A stretch of 30,268 bases of DNA from Macrostomum lignano (taxonomy: Eukaryota). The stretch is taken from positions 1 to 30,268 of the forward strand of contig NIVC01000079.1 of the NCBI GenBank assembly GCA_002269645.1. The letters run 5' to 3'. The translations under genes were made by a program, and so were the position numbers. Shown here piece after piece: positions 7,755 to 20,624 of the stretch. The notes under the pieces were generated by a model that was given only the letters and a program-made list of their open reading frames with translations, was not told where the DNA came from and ran no database searches. How positions within the stretch are numbered: the stretch's first letter is position 1; each line of letters opens with the position of its first letter.

Positions 7755-10700
7755 CGTGTCTATTTGTCTAAAGAAACTGACTGCGTGCCAAGTGCGCGGA
7801 AGCAGAATAACACGCCGTGAGTATTGAGCGTATTTTCGAACGCCTGTGCATGCGCGAGACTGCTTGGTGTAGTTATTAGAAGGCAACTGCGCCTCTAGCT
7901 TAAACCGTGTCTATTTGTCTAAAGAAACTGACTGCGTGCAAAATACAAGTGCGCGAAGCAGAATAACACCGTGAGCGTATTGAGCGTATTTTCGAACGCC
8001 TGTGCATGCGCGAGACTGCTTGGTGTAGTTATTAGAAGGCAACTGCGCCTCTAGCTTAAACCGTGTCTATTTGTCTAAAGAAACTGACTGCGTGCAAAAT
8101 ACAAGTGCGCGGAAGCAGAATAACACGCCGTGAGCGTATTGAGCGTATTTTCGAACGCCTGTGCATGCGCGAGACTGCTTGGTGTAGTTATTAGAAGGCA
8201 ACTGCGCCTCTAGCTTAAACCGTGTCTATTTGTCTAAAGAAACTGACTGCGTGCAAAATACAAGTGCGCGGAAGCAGAATAACACGCCGTGAGCGTATTT
8301 TCGAACGCCTGTGCATGCGCGAGACTGCTTGGTGTAGTTATTAGAAGGCAACTGCGCCTCTAGCTTAAACCGTGTCTATTTGTCTAAAGAAACTGACTGC
8401 GTGCAAAATACAAGTGCGCGGAAGCAGAATAACACGCCGTGAGCGTATTGAGCGTATTTTCGAACGCCTGTGCATGCGCGAGACTGCTTGGTGTAGTTAT
8501 TAGAAGGCAACTGCGCCTCTAGCTTAAACCGTGTCTATTTGTCTAAAGAAACTGACTGCGTGCAAAATACAAGTGCGCGGAAGCAGAATAACACGCCGTG
8601 AGCGTATTGAGCGTATTTTCGAACGCCTGTGCATGCGCGAGACTGCTTGGTGTAGTTATTAGAAGGCAACTGCGCCTCTAGCTTAAACCGTGTCTATTTG
8701 TCTAAAGAAACTGACTGCGTGCAAAATACAAGTGCGCGGAAGCAGAATAACACGCCGTGAGCGTATTGAGCGTATTTTCGAACGCCTGTGCATGCGCGAG
8801 ACTGCTTGGTGTAGTTATTAGAAGGCAACTGCGCCTCTAGCTTAAACCGTGTCTATTTGTCTAAAGAAACTGACTGCGTGCAAAATACAAGTGCGCGGAA
8901 GCAGAATAACACGCCGTGAGCGTATTTTCGAACGCCTGTGCATGCGCGAGACTGCTTGGTGTAGTTATTAGAAGGCAACTGCGCCTCTAGCTTAAACCGT
9001 GTCTATTTGTCTAAAGAAACTGACTGCGTGCAAAATACAAGTGCGCGGAAGCAGAATAACACAGCGTATTGAGCGTATTTTCGAACGCCTGTGCATGCGC
9101 GAGACTGCTTGGTGTAGTTATTAGAAGGCAACTGCGCCTCTAGCTTAAACCGTGTCTATTTGTCTAAAGAAACTGACTGCGTGCAAAATACAAGTGCGGA
9201 AGCAGAATAACACGCCGTGAGCGTATTGAGCGTATTTTCGAACGCCTGTGCATGCGCGAGACTGCTTGGTGTAGTTATTAGAAGGCAACTGCGCCTCTAG
9301 CTTAAACCGTGTCTATTTGTCTAAAGAAACTGACTGCGTGCAAAATACAAGTGCGCGGAAGCAGAATAACACGCCGTGAGCGTATTTTCGAACGCCTGTG
9401 CATGCGCGAGACTGCTTGGTGTAGTTATTAGAAGGCAACTGCGCCTCTAGCTTAAACCGTGTCTATTTGTCTAAAGAAACTGACTGCGTGCAAAATACAA
9501 GTGCGCGGAAGCAGAATAACACGCCGTGAGCGTATTGAGCGTATTTTCGAACGCCTGTGCATGCGCGAGACTGCTTGGTGTAGTTATTAGAAGGCAACTG
9601 CGCCTCTAGCTTAAACCGTGTCTATTTGTCTAAAGAAACTGACTGCGTGCAAAATACAAGTGCGCGGAAGCAGAATAACACGCCGTGAGCGTATTGAGCG
9701 TATTTTCGAACGCCTGTGCATGCGCGAGACTGCTTGGTGTAGTTATTAGAAGGCAACTGCGCCTCTAGCTTAAACCGTGTCTATTTGTCTAAAGAAACTG
9801 ACTGCGTGCAAAATACAAGTGCGCGGAAGCAGAATAACACGCCGTGAGCGTATTGAGCGTATTTTCGAACGCCTGTGCATGCGCGAGACTGCTTGGTGTA
9901 GTTATTAGAAGGCAACTGCGCCTCTAGCTTAAACCGTGTCTATTTGTCTAAAGAAACTGACTGCGTGCAAAATACAAGTGCGCGGAAGCAGAATAACACG
10001 CCGTGAGCGTATTGAGCGTATTTTCGAACGCCTGTGCATGCGCGAGACTGCTTGGTGTAGTTATTAGAAGGCAACTGCGCCTCTAGCTTAAACCGTGTCT
10101 ATTTGTCTAAAGAAACTGACTGCGTGCAAAATACAAGTGCGCGGAAGCAGAATAACACGCCGTGAGCGTATTGAGCGTATTTTCGAACGCCTGTGCATGC
10201 GCGAGACTGCTTGGTGTAGTTATTAGAAGGCAACTGCGCCTCTAGCTTAAACCGTGTCTATTTGTCTAAAGAAACTGACTGCGTGCAAAATACAAGTGCG
10301 CGGAAGCAGAATAACACGCCGTGAGCGTATTGAGCGTATTTTCGAACGCCTGTGCATGCGCGAGACTGCTTGGTGTAGTTATTAGAAGGCAACTGCGCCT
10401 CTAGCTTAAACCGTGTCTATTTGTCTAAAGAAACTGACTGCGTGCAAAATACAAGTGCGCGGAAGCAGAATAACACGCCGTGAGCGTATTGAGCGTATTT
10501 TCGAACGCCTGTGCATGCGCGAGACTGCTTGGTGTAGTTATTAGAAGGCAACTGCGCCTCTAGCTTAAACCGTGTCTATTTGTCTAAAGAAACTGACTGC
10601 GTGCAAAATACAAGTGCGCGGAAGCAGAATAACACGCCGTGAGCGTATTGAGCGTATTTTCGAACGCCTGTGCATGCGCGAGACTGCTTGGTGTAGTTAT

Positions 10701-13700
10701 TAGAAGGCAACTGCGCCTCTAGCTTAAACCGTGTCTATTTGTCTAAAGAAACTGACTGCGTGCAAAATACAAGTGCGCGGAAGCAGAATAACACGCCGTG
10801 AGCGTATTGAGCGTATTTTCGAACGCCTGTGCATGCGCGAGACTGCTTGGTGTAGTTATTAGAAGGCAACTGCGCCTCTAGCTTAAACCGTGTCTATTTG
10901 TCTAAAGAAACTGACTGCGTGCAAAATACAAGTGCGCGGAAGCAGAATAACACGCCGTGAGCGTATTGAGCGTATTTTCGAACGCCTGTGCATGCGCGAG
11001 ACTGCTTGGTGTAGTTATTAGAAGGCAACTGCGCCTCTAGCTTAAACCGTGTCTATTTGTCTAAAGAAACTGACTGCGTGCAAAATACAAGTGCGCGGAA
11101 GCAGAATAACACGCCGTGAGCGTATTTTCGAACGCCTGTGCATGCGCGAGACTGCTTGGTGTAGTTATTAGAAGGCAACTGCGCCTCTAGCTTAAACCGT
11201 GTCTATTTGTCTAAAGAAACTGACTGCGTGCAAAATACAAGTGCGCGGAAGCAGAATAACACGCCCGTGAGCGTATTTTCGAACGCCTGTGCATGCGCGA
11301 GACTGCTTGGTGTAGTTATTAGAAGGCAACTGCGCCTCTAGCTTAAACCGTGTCTATTTGTCTAAAGAAACTGACTGCGTGCAAAATACAAGTGCGCGGA
11401 AGCAGAATAACACGCCGTGAGCGTATTGAGCGTATTTTCGAACGCCTGTGCATGCGCGAGACTGCTTGGTGTAGTTATTAGAAGGCAACTGCGCCTCTAG
11501 CTTAAACCGTGTCTATTTGTCTAAAGAAACTGACTGCGTGCAAAATACAAGTGCGCGGAAGCAGAATAACACGCCGTGAGCGTATTTTCGAACGCCTGTG
11601 CATGCGCGAGACTGCTTGGTGTAGTTATTAGAAGGCAACTGCGCCTCTAGCTTAAACCGTGTCTATTTGTCTAAAGAAACTGACTGCGTGCAAAATACAA
11701 GTGCGCGGAAGCAGAATAACACGCCGTGAGCGTATTTTCGAACGCCTGTGCATGCGCGAGACTGCTTGGTGTAGTTATTAGAAGGCAACTGCGCCTCTAG
11801 CTTAAACCGTGTCTATTTGTCTAAAGAAACTGACTGCGTGCAAAATACAAGTGCGCGGAAGCAGAATAACACGCCGTGAGCGTATTTTCGAACGCCTGTG
11901 CATGCGCGAGACTGCTTGGTGTAGTTATTAGAAGGCAACTGCGCCTCTAGCTTAAACCGTGTCTATTTGTCTAAAGAAACTGACTGCGTGCAAAATACAA
12001 GTGCGCGGAAGCAGAATAACACGCCGTGAGCGTATTGAGCGTATTTTCGAACGCCTGTGCATGCGCGAGACTGCTTGGTGTAGTTATTAGAAGGCAACTG
12101 CGCCTCTAGCTTAAACCGTGTCTATTTGTCTAAAGAAACTGACTGCGTGCAAAATACAAGTGCGCGGAAGCAGAATAACACGCCGTGAGCGTATTTTCGA
12201 ACGCCTGTGCATGCGCGAGACTGCTTGGTGTAGTTATTAGAAGGCAACTGCGCCTCTAGCTTAAACCGTGTCTATTTGTCTAAAGAAACTGACTGCGTGC
12301 AAAATACAAGTGCGCGCAGAATAACACGCCGTGAGCGTATTGAGCGTATTTTCGAACGCCTGTGCATGCGCGAGACTGCTTGGTGTAGTTATTAGAAGGC
12401 AACTGCGCCTCTAGCTTAAACCGTGTCTATTTGTCTAAAGAAACTGACTGCGTGCAAAATACAAGTGCGCGGAAGCAGAATAACACGCCGTGAGCGTATT
12501 GAGCGTATTTTCGAACGCCTGTGCATGCGCGAGACTGCTTGGTGTAGTTATTAGAAGGCAACTGCGCCTCTAGCTTAAACCGTGTCTATTTGTCTAAAGA
12601 AACTGACTGCGTGCAAAATACAAGTGCGCGGAAGCAGAATAACACGCCGTGAGCGTATTGAGCGTATTTTCGAACGCCTGTGCATGCGCGAGACTGCTTG
12701 GTGTAGTTATTAGAAGGCAACTGCGCCTCTAGCTTAAACCGTGTCTATTTGTCTAAAGAAACTGACTGCGTGCAAAATACAAGTGCGCGGAAGCAGAATA
12801 ACACGCCGTGAGCGTATTGAGCGTATTTTCGAACGCCTGTGCATGCGCGAGACTGCTTGGTGTAGTTATTAGAAGGCAACTGCGCCTCTAGCTTAAACCG
12901 TGTCTATTTGTCTAAAGAAACTGACTGCGTGCAAAATACAAGTGCGCGGAAGCAGAATAACACGCCGTGAGCGTATTTTCGAACGCCTGTGCATGCGCGA
13001 GACTGCTTGGTGTAGTTATTAGAAGGCAACTGCGCCTCTAGCTTAAACCGTGTCTATTTGTCTAAAGAAACTGACTGCGTGCAAAATACAAGTGCGCGGA
13101 AGCAGAATAACACGCCGTGAGCGTATTGAGCGTATTTTCGAACGCCTGTGCATGCGCGAGACTGCTTGGTGTAGTTATTAGAAGGCAACTGCGCCTCTAG
13201 CTTAAACCGTGTCTATTTGTCTAAAGAAACTGACTGCGTGCAAAATACAAGTGCGCGGAAGCAGAATAACACGCCGTGAGCGTATTGAGCGTATTTTCGA
13301 ACGCCTGTGCATGCGCGAGACTGCTTGGTGTAGTTATTAGAAGGCAACTGCGCCTCTAGCTTAAACCGTGTCTATTTGTCTAAAGAAACTGACTGCGTGC
13401 AAAATACAAGTGCGCGGAAGCAGAATAACACGCCGTGAGCGTATTTTCGAACGCCTGTGCATGCGCGAGACTGCTTGGTGTAGTTATTAGAAGGCAACTG
13501 CGCCTCTAGCTTAAACCGTGTCTATTTGTCTAAAGAAACTGACTGCGTGCAAAATACAAGTGCGCGGAAGCAGAATAACACGCCGTGAGCGTATTGAGCG
13601 TATTTTCGAACGCCTGTGCATGCGCGAGACTGCTTGGTGTAGTTATTAGAAGGCAACTGCGCCTCTAGCTTAAACCGTGTCTATTTGTCTAAAGAAACTG

Positions 13701-16700
13701 ACTGCGTGCAAAATACAAGTGCGCGGAAGCAGAATAACACGCCGTGAGCGTATTGAGCGTATTTTCGAACGCCTGTGCATGCGCGAGACTGCTTGGTGTA
13801 GTTATTAGAAGGCAACTGCGCCTCTAGCTTAAACCGTGTCTATTTGTCTAAAGAAACTGACTGCGTGCAAAATACAAGTGCGCGGAAGCAGAATAACACG
13901 CCGTGAGCGTATTGAGCGTATTTTCGAACGCCTGTGCATGCGCGAGACTGCTTGGTGTAGTTATTAGAAGGCAACTGCGCCTCTAGCTTAAACCGTGTCT
14001 ATTTGTCTAAAGAAACTGACTGCGTGCAAAATACAAGTGCGCGGAAGCAGAATAACACGCCGTGAGCGTGAGCGTATTTTCGAACGCCTGTGCATGCGCG
14101 AGACTGCTTGGTGTAGTTATTAGAAGGCAACTGCGCCTCTAGCTTAAACCGTGTCTATTTGTCTAAAGAAACTGACTGCGTGCAAAATACAAGTGCGCGG
14201 AAGCAGAATAACACGCCGTGAGCGTATTGAGCGTATTTTCGAACGCCTGTGCATGCGCGAGACTGCTTGGTGTAGTTATTAGAAGGCAACTGCGCCTCTA
14301 GCTTAAACCGTGTCTATTTGTCTAAAGAAACTGACTGCGTGCAAAATACAAGTGCGCGGAAGCAGAATAACACGCCGTGAGCGTATTGAGCGTATTTTCG
14401 AACGCCTGTGCATGCGCGAGACTGCTTGGTGTAGTTATTAGAAGGCAACTGCGCCTCTAGCTTAAACCGTGTCTATTTGTCTAAAGAAACTGACTGCGTG
14501 CAAAATACAAGTGCGCGGAAGCAGAATAACACGCCGTGAGCGTATTTTCGAACGCCTGTGCATGCGCGAGACTGCTTGGTGTAGTTATTAGAAGGCAACT
14601 GCGCCTCTAGCTTAAACCGTGTCTATTTGTCTAAAGAAACTGACTGCGTGCAAAATACAAGTGCGCGGAAGCAGAATAACACGCCGTGAGCGTATTGAGC
14701 GTATTTTCGAACGCCTGTGCATGCGCGAGACTGCTTGGTGTAGTTATTAGAAGGCAACTGCGCCTCTAGCTTAAACCGTGTCTATTTGTCTAAAGAAACT
14801 GACTGCGTGCAAAATACAAGTGCGCGGAAGCAGAATAACACGCCGTGAGCGTATTTTCGAACGCCTGTGCATGCGCGAGACTGCTTGGTGTAGTTATTAG
14901 AAGGCAACTGCGCCTCTAGCTTAAACCGTGTCTATTTGTCTAAAGAAACTGACTGCGTGCAAAATACAAGTGCGCGGAAGCAGAATAACACGCCGTGAGC
15001 GTATTTTCGAACGCCTGTGCATGCGCGAGACTGCTTGGTGTAGTTATTAGAAGGCAACTGCGCCTCTAGCTTAAACCGTGTCTATTTGTCTAAAGAAACT
15101 GACTGCGTGCAAAATACAAGTGCGCGGAAGCAGAATAACACGCCGTGAGCGTATTTTCGAACGCCTGTGCATGCGCGAGACTGCTTGGTGTAGTTATTAG
15201 AAGGCAACTGCGCCTCTAGCTTAAACCGTGTCTATTTGTCTAAAGAAACTGACTGCGTGCAAAATACAAGTGCGCGGAAGCAGAATAACACGCCGTGAGC
15301 GTATTTTCGAACGCCTGTGCATGCGCGAGACTGCTTGGTGTAGTTATTAGAAGGCAACTGCGCCTCTAGCTTAAACCGTGTCTATTTGTCTAAAGAAACT
15401 GACTGCGTGCAAAATACAAGTGCGCGGAAGCAGAATAACACGCCGTGAGCGTATTGAGCGTATTTTCGAACGCCTGTGCATGCGCGAGACTGCTTGGTGT
15501 AGTTATTAGAAGGCAACTGCGCCTCTAGCTTAAACCGTGTCTATTTGTCTAAAGAAACTGACTGCGTGCAAAATACAAGTGCGCGGAAGCAGAATAACAC
15601 GCCGTGAGCGTATTGAGCGTATTTTCGAACGCCTGTGCATGCGCGAGACTGCTTGGTGTAGTTATTAGAAGGCAACTGCGCCTCTAGCTTAAACCGTGTC
15701 TATTTGTCTAAAGAAACTGACTGCGTGCAAAATACAAGTGCGCGGAAGCAGAATAACACGCCGTGAGCGTATTTTCGAACGCCTGTGCATGCGCGAGACT
15801 GCTTGGTGTAGTTATTAGAAGGCAACTGCGCCTCTAGCTTAAACCGTGTCTATTTGTCTAAAGAAACTGACTGCGTGCAAAATACAAGTGCGCGGAAGCA
15901 GAATAACACGCCGTGAGCGTATTGAGCGTATTTTCGAACGCCTGTGCATGCGCGAGACTGCTTGGTGTAGTTATTAGAAGGCAACTGCGCCTCTAGCTTA
16001 AACCGTGTCTATTTGTCTAAAGAAACTGACTGCGTGCAAAATACAAGTGCGCGGAAGCAGAATAACACGCCGTGAGCGTATTGAGCGTATTTTCGAACGC
16101 CTGTGCATGCGCGAGACTGCTTGGTGTAGTTATTAGAAGGCAACTGCGCCTCTAGCTTAAACCGTGTCTATTTGTCTAAAGAAACTGACTGCGTGCAAAA
16201 TACAAGTGCGCGGAAGCAGAATAACACGCCGTGAGCGTATTGAGCGTATTTTCGAACGCCTGTGCATGCGCGAGACTGCTTGGTGTAGTTATTAGAAGGC
16301 AACTGCGCCTCTAGCTTAAACCGTGTCTATTTGTCTAAAGAAACTGACTGCGTGCAAAATACAAGTGCGCGGAAGCAGAATAACACGCCGTGAGCGTATT
16401 GAGCGTATTTTCGAACGCCTGTGCATGCGCGAGACTGCTTGGTGTAGTTATTAGAAGGCAACTGCGCCTCTAGCTTAAACCGTGTCTATTTGTCTAAAGA
16501 AACTGACTGCGTGCAAAATACAAGTGCGCGGAAGCAGAATAACACGCCGTGAGCGTATTGAGCGTATTTTCGAACGCCTGTGCATGCGCGAGACTGCTTG
16601 GTGTAGTTATTAGAAGGCAACTGCGCCTCTAGCTTAAACCGTGTCTATTTGTCTAAAGAAACTGACTGCGTGCAAAATACAAGTGCGCGGAAGCAGAATA

Positions 16701-19142
16701 ACACGCCGTGAGCGTATTGAGCGTATTTTCGAACGCCTGTGCATGCGCGAGACTGCTTGGTGTAGTTATTAGAAGGCAACTGCGCCTCTAGCTTAAACCG
16801 TGTCTATTTGTCTAAAGAAACTGACTGCGTGCAAAATACAAGTGCGCGGAAGCAGAATAACACGCCGTGAGCGTATTGAGCGTATTTTCGAACGCCTGTG
16901 CATGCGCGAGACTGCTTGGTGTAGTTATTAGAAGGCAACTGCGCCTCTAGCTTAAACCGTGTCTATTTGTCTAAAGAAACTGACTGCGTGCAAAATACAA
17001 GTGCGCGGAAGCAGAATAACACGCCGTGAGCGTATTGAGCGTATTTTCGAACGCCTGTGCATGCGCGAGACTGCTTGGTGTAGTTATTAGAAGGCAACTG
17101 CGCCTCTAGCTTAAACCGTGTCTATTTGTCTAAAGAAACTGACTGCGTGCAAAATACAAGTGCGCGGAAGCAGAATAACACGCCGTGAGCGTATTTTCGA
17201 ACGCCTGTGCATGCGCGAGACTGCTTGGTGTAGTTATTAGAAGGCAACTGCGCCTCTAGCTTAAACCGTGTCTATTTGTCTAAAGAAACTGACTGCGTGC
17301 AAAATACAAGTGCGCGGAAGCAGAATAACACGCCGTGAGCGTATTTTCGAACGCCTGTGCATGCGCGAGACTGCTTGGTGTAGTTATTAGAAGGCAACTG
17401 CGCCTCTAGCTTAAACCGTGTCTATTTGTCTAAAGAAACTGACTGCGTGCAAAATACAAGTGCGCGGAAGCAGAATAACACGCCGTGAGCGTATTGAGCG
17501 TATTTTCGAACGCCTGTGCATGCGCGAGACTGCTTGGTGTAGTTATTAGAAGGCAACTGCGCCTCTAGCTTAAACCGTGTCTATTTGTCTAAAGAAACTG
17601 ACTGCGTGCAAAATACAAGTGCGCGGAAGCAGAATAACACGCCGTGAGCGTATTTTCGAACGCCTGTGCATGCGCGAGACTGCTTGGTGTAGTTATTAGA
17701 AGGCAACTGCGCCTCTAGCTTAAACCGTGTCTATTTGTCTAAAGAAACTGACTGCGTGCAAAATACAAGTGCGCGGAAGCAGAATAACACGCCGTGAGCG
17801 TATTTTCGAACGCCTGTGCATGCGCGAGACTGCTTGGTGTAGTTATTAGAAGGCAACTGCGCCTCTAGCTTAAACCGTGTCTATTTGTCTAAAGAAACTG
17901 ACTGCGTGCAAAATACAAGTGCGCGGAAGCAGAATAACACGCCGTGAGCGTATTGAGCGTATTTTCGAACGCCTGTGCATGCGCGAGACTGCTTGGTGTA
18001 GTTATTAGAAGGCAACTGCGCCTCTAGCTTAAACCGTGTCTATTTGTCTAAAGAAACTGACTGCGTGCAAAATACAAGTGCGCGGAAGCAGAATAACACG
18101 CCGTGAGCGTATTTTCGAACGCCTGTGCATGCGCGAGACTGCTTGGTGTAGTTATTAGAAGGCAACTGCGCCTCTAGCTTAAACCGTGTCTATTTGTCTA
18201 AAGAAACTGACTGCGTGCAAAATACAAGTGCGCGGAAGCAGAATAACACGCCGTGAGCGTATTTTCGAACGCCTGTGCATGCGCGAGACTGCTTGGTGTA
18301 GTTATTAGAAGGCAACTGCGCCTCTAGCTTAAACCGTGTCTATTTGTCTAAAGAAACTGACTGCGTGCAAAATACAAGTGCACGGAAGCAGAATAACACG
18401 CCGTGAGCGTATTTTCGAACGCCTGTGCATGCGCGAGACTGCTTGGTGTAGTTATTAGAAGGCAACTGCGCCTCTAGCTTAAACCGTGTCTATTTGTCTA
18501 AAGAAACTGACTGCGTGCAAAATACAAGTGCGCGGAAGCAGAATAACACGCCGTGAGCGTATTTTCGAACGCCTGTGCATGCGCGAGACTGCTTGGTGTA
18601 GTTATTAGAAGGCAACTGCGCCTCTAGCTTAAACCGTGTCTATTTGTCTAAAGAAACTGACTGCGTGCAAAATACAAGTGCGCGGAAGCAGAATAACACG
18701 CCGTGAGCGTATTGAGCGTATTTTCGAACGCCTGTGCATGCGCGAGACTGCTTGGTGTAGTTATTAGAAGGCAACTGCGCCTCTAGCTTAAACCGTGTCT
18801 ATTTGTCTAAAGAAACTGACTGCGTGCAAAATACAAGTGCGCGGAAGCAGAATAACACGCCGTGAGCGTATTTTCGAACGCCTGTGCATGCGCGAGACTG
18901 CTTGGTGTAGTTATTAGAAGGCAACTGCGCCTCTAGCTTAAACCGTGTCTATTTGTCTAAAGAAACTGACTGCGTGCAAAATACAAGTGCACGGAAGCAG
19001 AATAACACGCCGTGAGCGTATTTTCGAACGCCTGTGCATGCGCGAGACTGCTTGGTGTAGTTATTAGAAGGCAACTGCGCCTCTAGCTTCAACGTGTCTA
19101 TTTGTCTAAAGAAACTGACTGCGTGCAAAATACAGGTGCGGA
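7755..19142. repeat. 11.4-kb tandem satellite, 73 full units plus 1 partial; two length classes, 159 bp and 150 bp
   Basis: Unit GTGTCTATTTGTCTAAAGAAACTGACTGCGTGCAAAATACAAGTGCGCGGAAGCAGAATAACACGCCGTGAGCGTATT[GAGCGTATT]TTCGAACGCCTGTGCATGCGCGAGACTGCTTGGTGTAGTTATTAGAAGGCAACTGCGCCTCTAGCTTAAACC. My count is 46 long and 27 short units. First and last units are degenerate. Confidence 0.99.
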
Positions 19143-19215
19143 TTACGGATTGTATTTGTGATGGTCGATGGTCAAGGGTACCGAGGCAGCAGGTTCAGGC
19201 CAGTAAGACGGAAAA

Positions 19216-20624
19216 GGGATAGCGATGTTTGCGTGCGGGACGTTTGCCAGCCGACGTTTGCCAGTGGGACGTTTGCCAGCCGAAGTTTGCCTGCCGGACG
19301 TTTGCCAGCCGACGTTTGCCTGCGGGACGCCAGCTGACATTTGCCAGCCGACGTTTGCCAGCCGACGTTTGCCAGCGGGACGTTTTCCAGCCGACGTTTG
19401 CCTGCCGGAAGTTTGCCAGATAAAATTTGCTAGCCAATATAAAGCGAGTCAGTGAAAAATTTGATACTGAAATATTCGCAGTTTAGCGGTTTGACAAAAA
19501 CCGTTTTTACTCCAACTTTTTGACGGTTATTCGCATGTATACAAGTTTGCAAGCAAAATATATAAATTATGCAGTTCATCAGTCTAACGTCTAATATCTA
19601 GTTTAACAACGATTTTGGCACAACATATCAAAAGATGAACATTGGGTTTGCCTCGTATGAAAGCAATAACAATTGTTGTGCTGAAAAGATGTAAACTTCC
19701 TTTCTCCCTATGGCCTTCAAAACATTTTTCATAGATTTCGAGTGCTGCGTACTTCTACTTTAGCTCGTAGTAGTCCTTGGCGTGACTAAGCTTTGCATAC
19801 GTAGTGTCTAGCGCTTGCTATCCTACTAGCTTGCTACTGGCGGCTTGTCTGGCTATTCAGCTATATAGCTTACTATAAAAACGTACCGCATTCGACTCGT
19901 CTACACATGTACGTTGAGATCGAGGTTTCCTGGCTTACTTGAGTAGTAATACAACAGATTTGGAATCAATTTGCTTACTTTTGGATCTCCCAATGAACTG
20001 AGAAATATATGAGCCAGAATTACCGCTCAGCAGCTTTTTTTGTTTGCCTCATAACTTAATCGCTGGAGATTCCCGTTGTAATCTGCGCGTCTTCTTTCGC
20101 ACATCAAAAATCAAACATCTCAAACTGGGAAAAACGATACACTTGTCAAAAGTAAACAATATTTTCACATTTAAAGTGAAATCCTATCTATCTATCTAAT
20201 ATTTTCACATTCAAACTTGTATACATGCGAATAACCGTCAAAAAGTTGGAGTAAAAATGGTTTTTGTCAAACCGCTAAACTGCGAATGTTTCAGTATCAA
20301 ATTTTTCACTGACTGGCTAGCAAATTTTGGCTGGCAAACTTCCGGCAGGCAAACGTCGGCTGGCAAACGTCGGCTGGCAAACGTCCGGCAGGCAAACGTC
20401 CGACTGGCAAACGTCCCGCTGGCAAACGTCATCTGGCAAATGTCGGCTGGCCCATGTCGGCTGGCAAACGTCGGCTGGCAAACGTCCCGCAGGCAAACTT
20501 CGGCTGGCAAACGTCCCACTGGCAAACGTCGGCTGGCAAACGTCGGCTGGCAAATGTCGGCTGGCAAACGTCCAGCAGGCAAACGTCGGCTGGCAAACGT
20601 CCCGCAGGCAAACGTCGTAGACCC
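19216..20624. mobile_element. Non-autonomous foldback-type DNA transposon (Mutator/MULE-like by TSD length) with modular TIRs
   Basis: Inverted arms at 19216-19549 and 20212-20624. Each arm has an outer array of 14/15-bp GACGTTTGCCAGCC-type subrepeats (about 15 left, about 22 right) and an inner about 100-bp unique block (19447-19549 vs 20212-20314, 2 mismatches). Both ends begin GGG. Exact 9-bp flanking duplication GACGGAAAA at 19207-19215 and 20625-20633. Confidence 0.9.

Noticed and set aside
7755-19142. CRISPR array interpretation of the long repeat
   Set aside because: Units are contiguous near-identical monomers with no unique spacers, there are no cas genes, and the context is a spliced eukaryotic locus.
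7727-19151. Imperfect inverted repeat flanking the satellite (AATCTGTAAGCCCGAAGCACCT vs AGGTGCGGATTACGGATT), suggesting the array is cargo of a transposon
   Set aside because: About half of the match is explained by degenerate satellite sequence at both edges. The remainder is about 9 bp with a mismatch, and I found no TSD.
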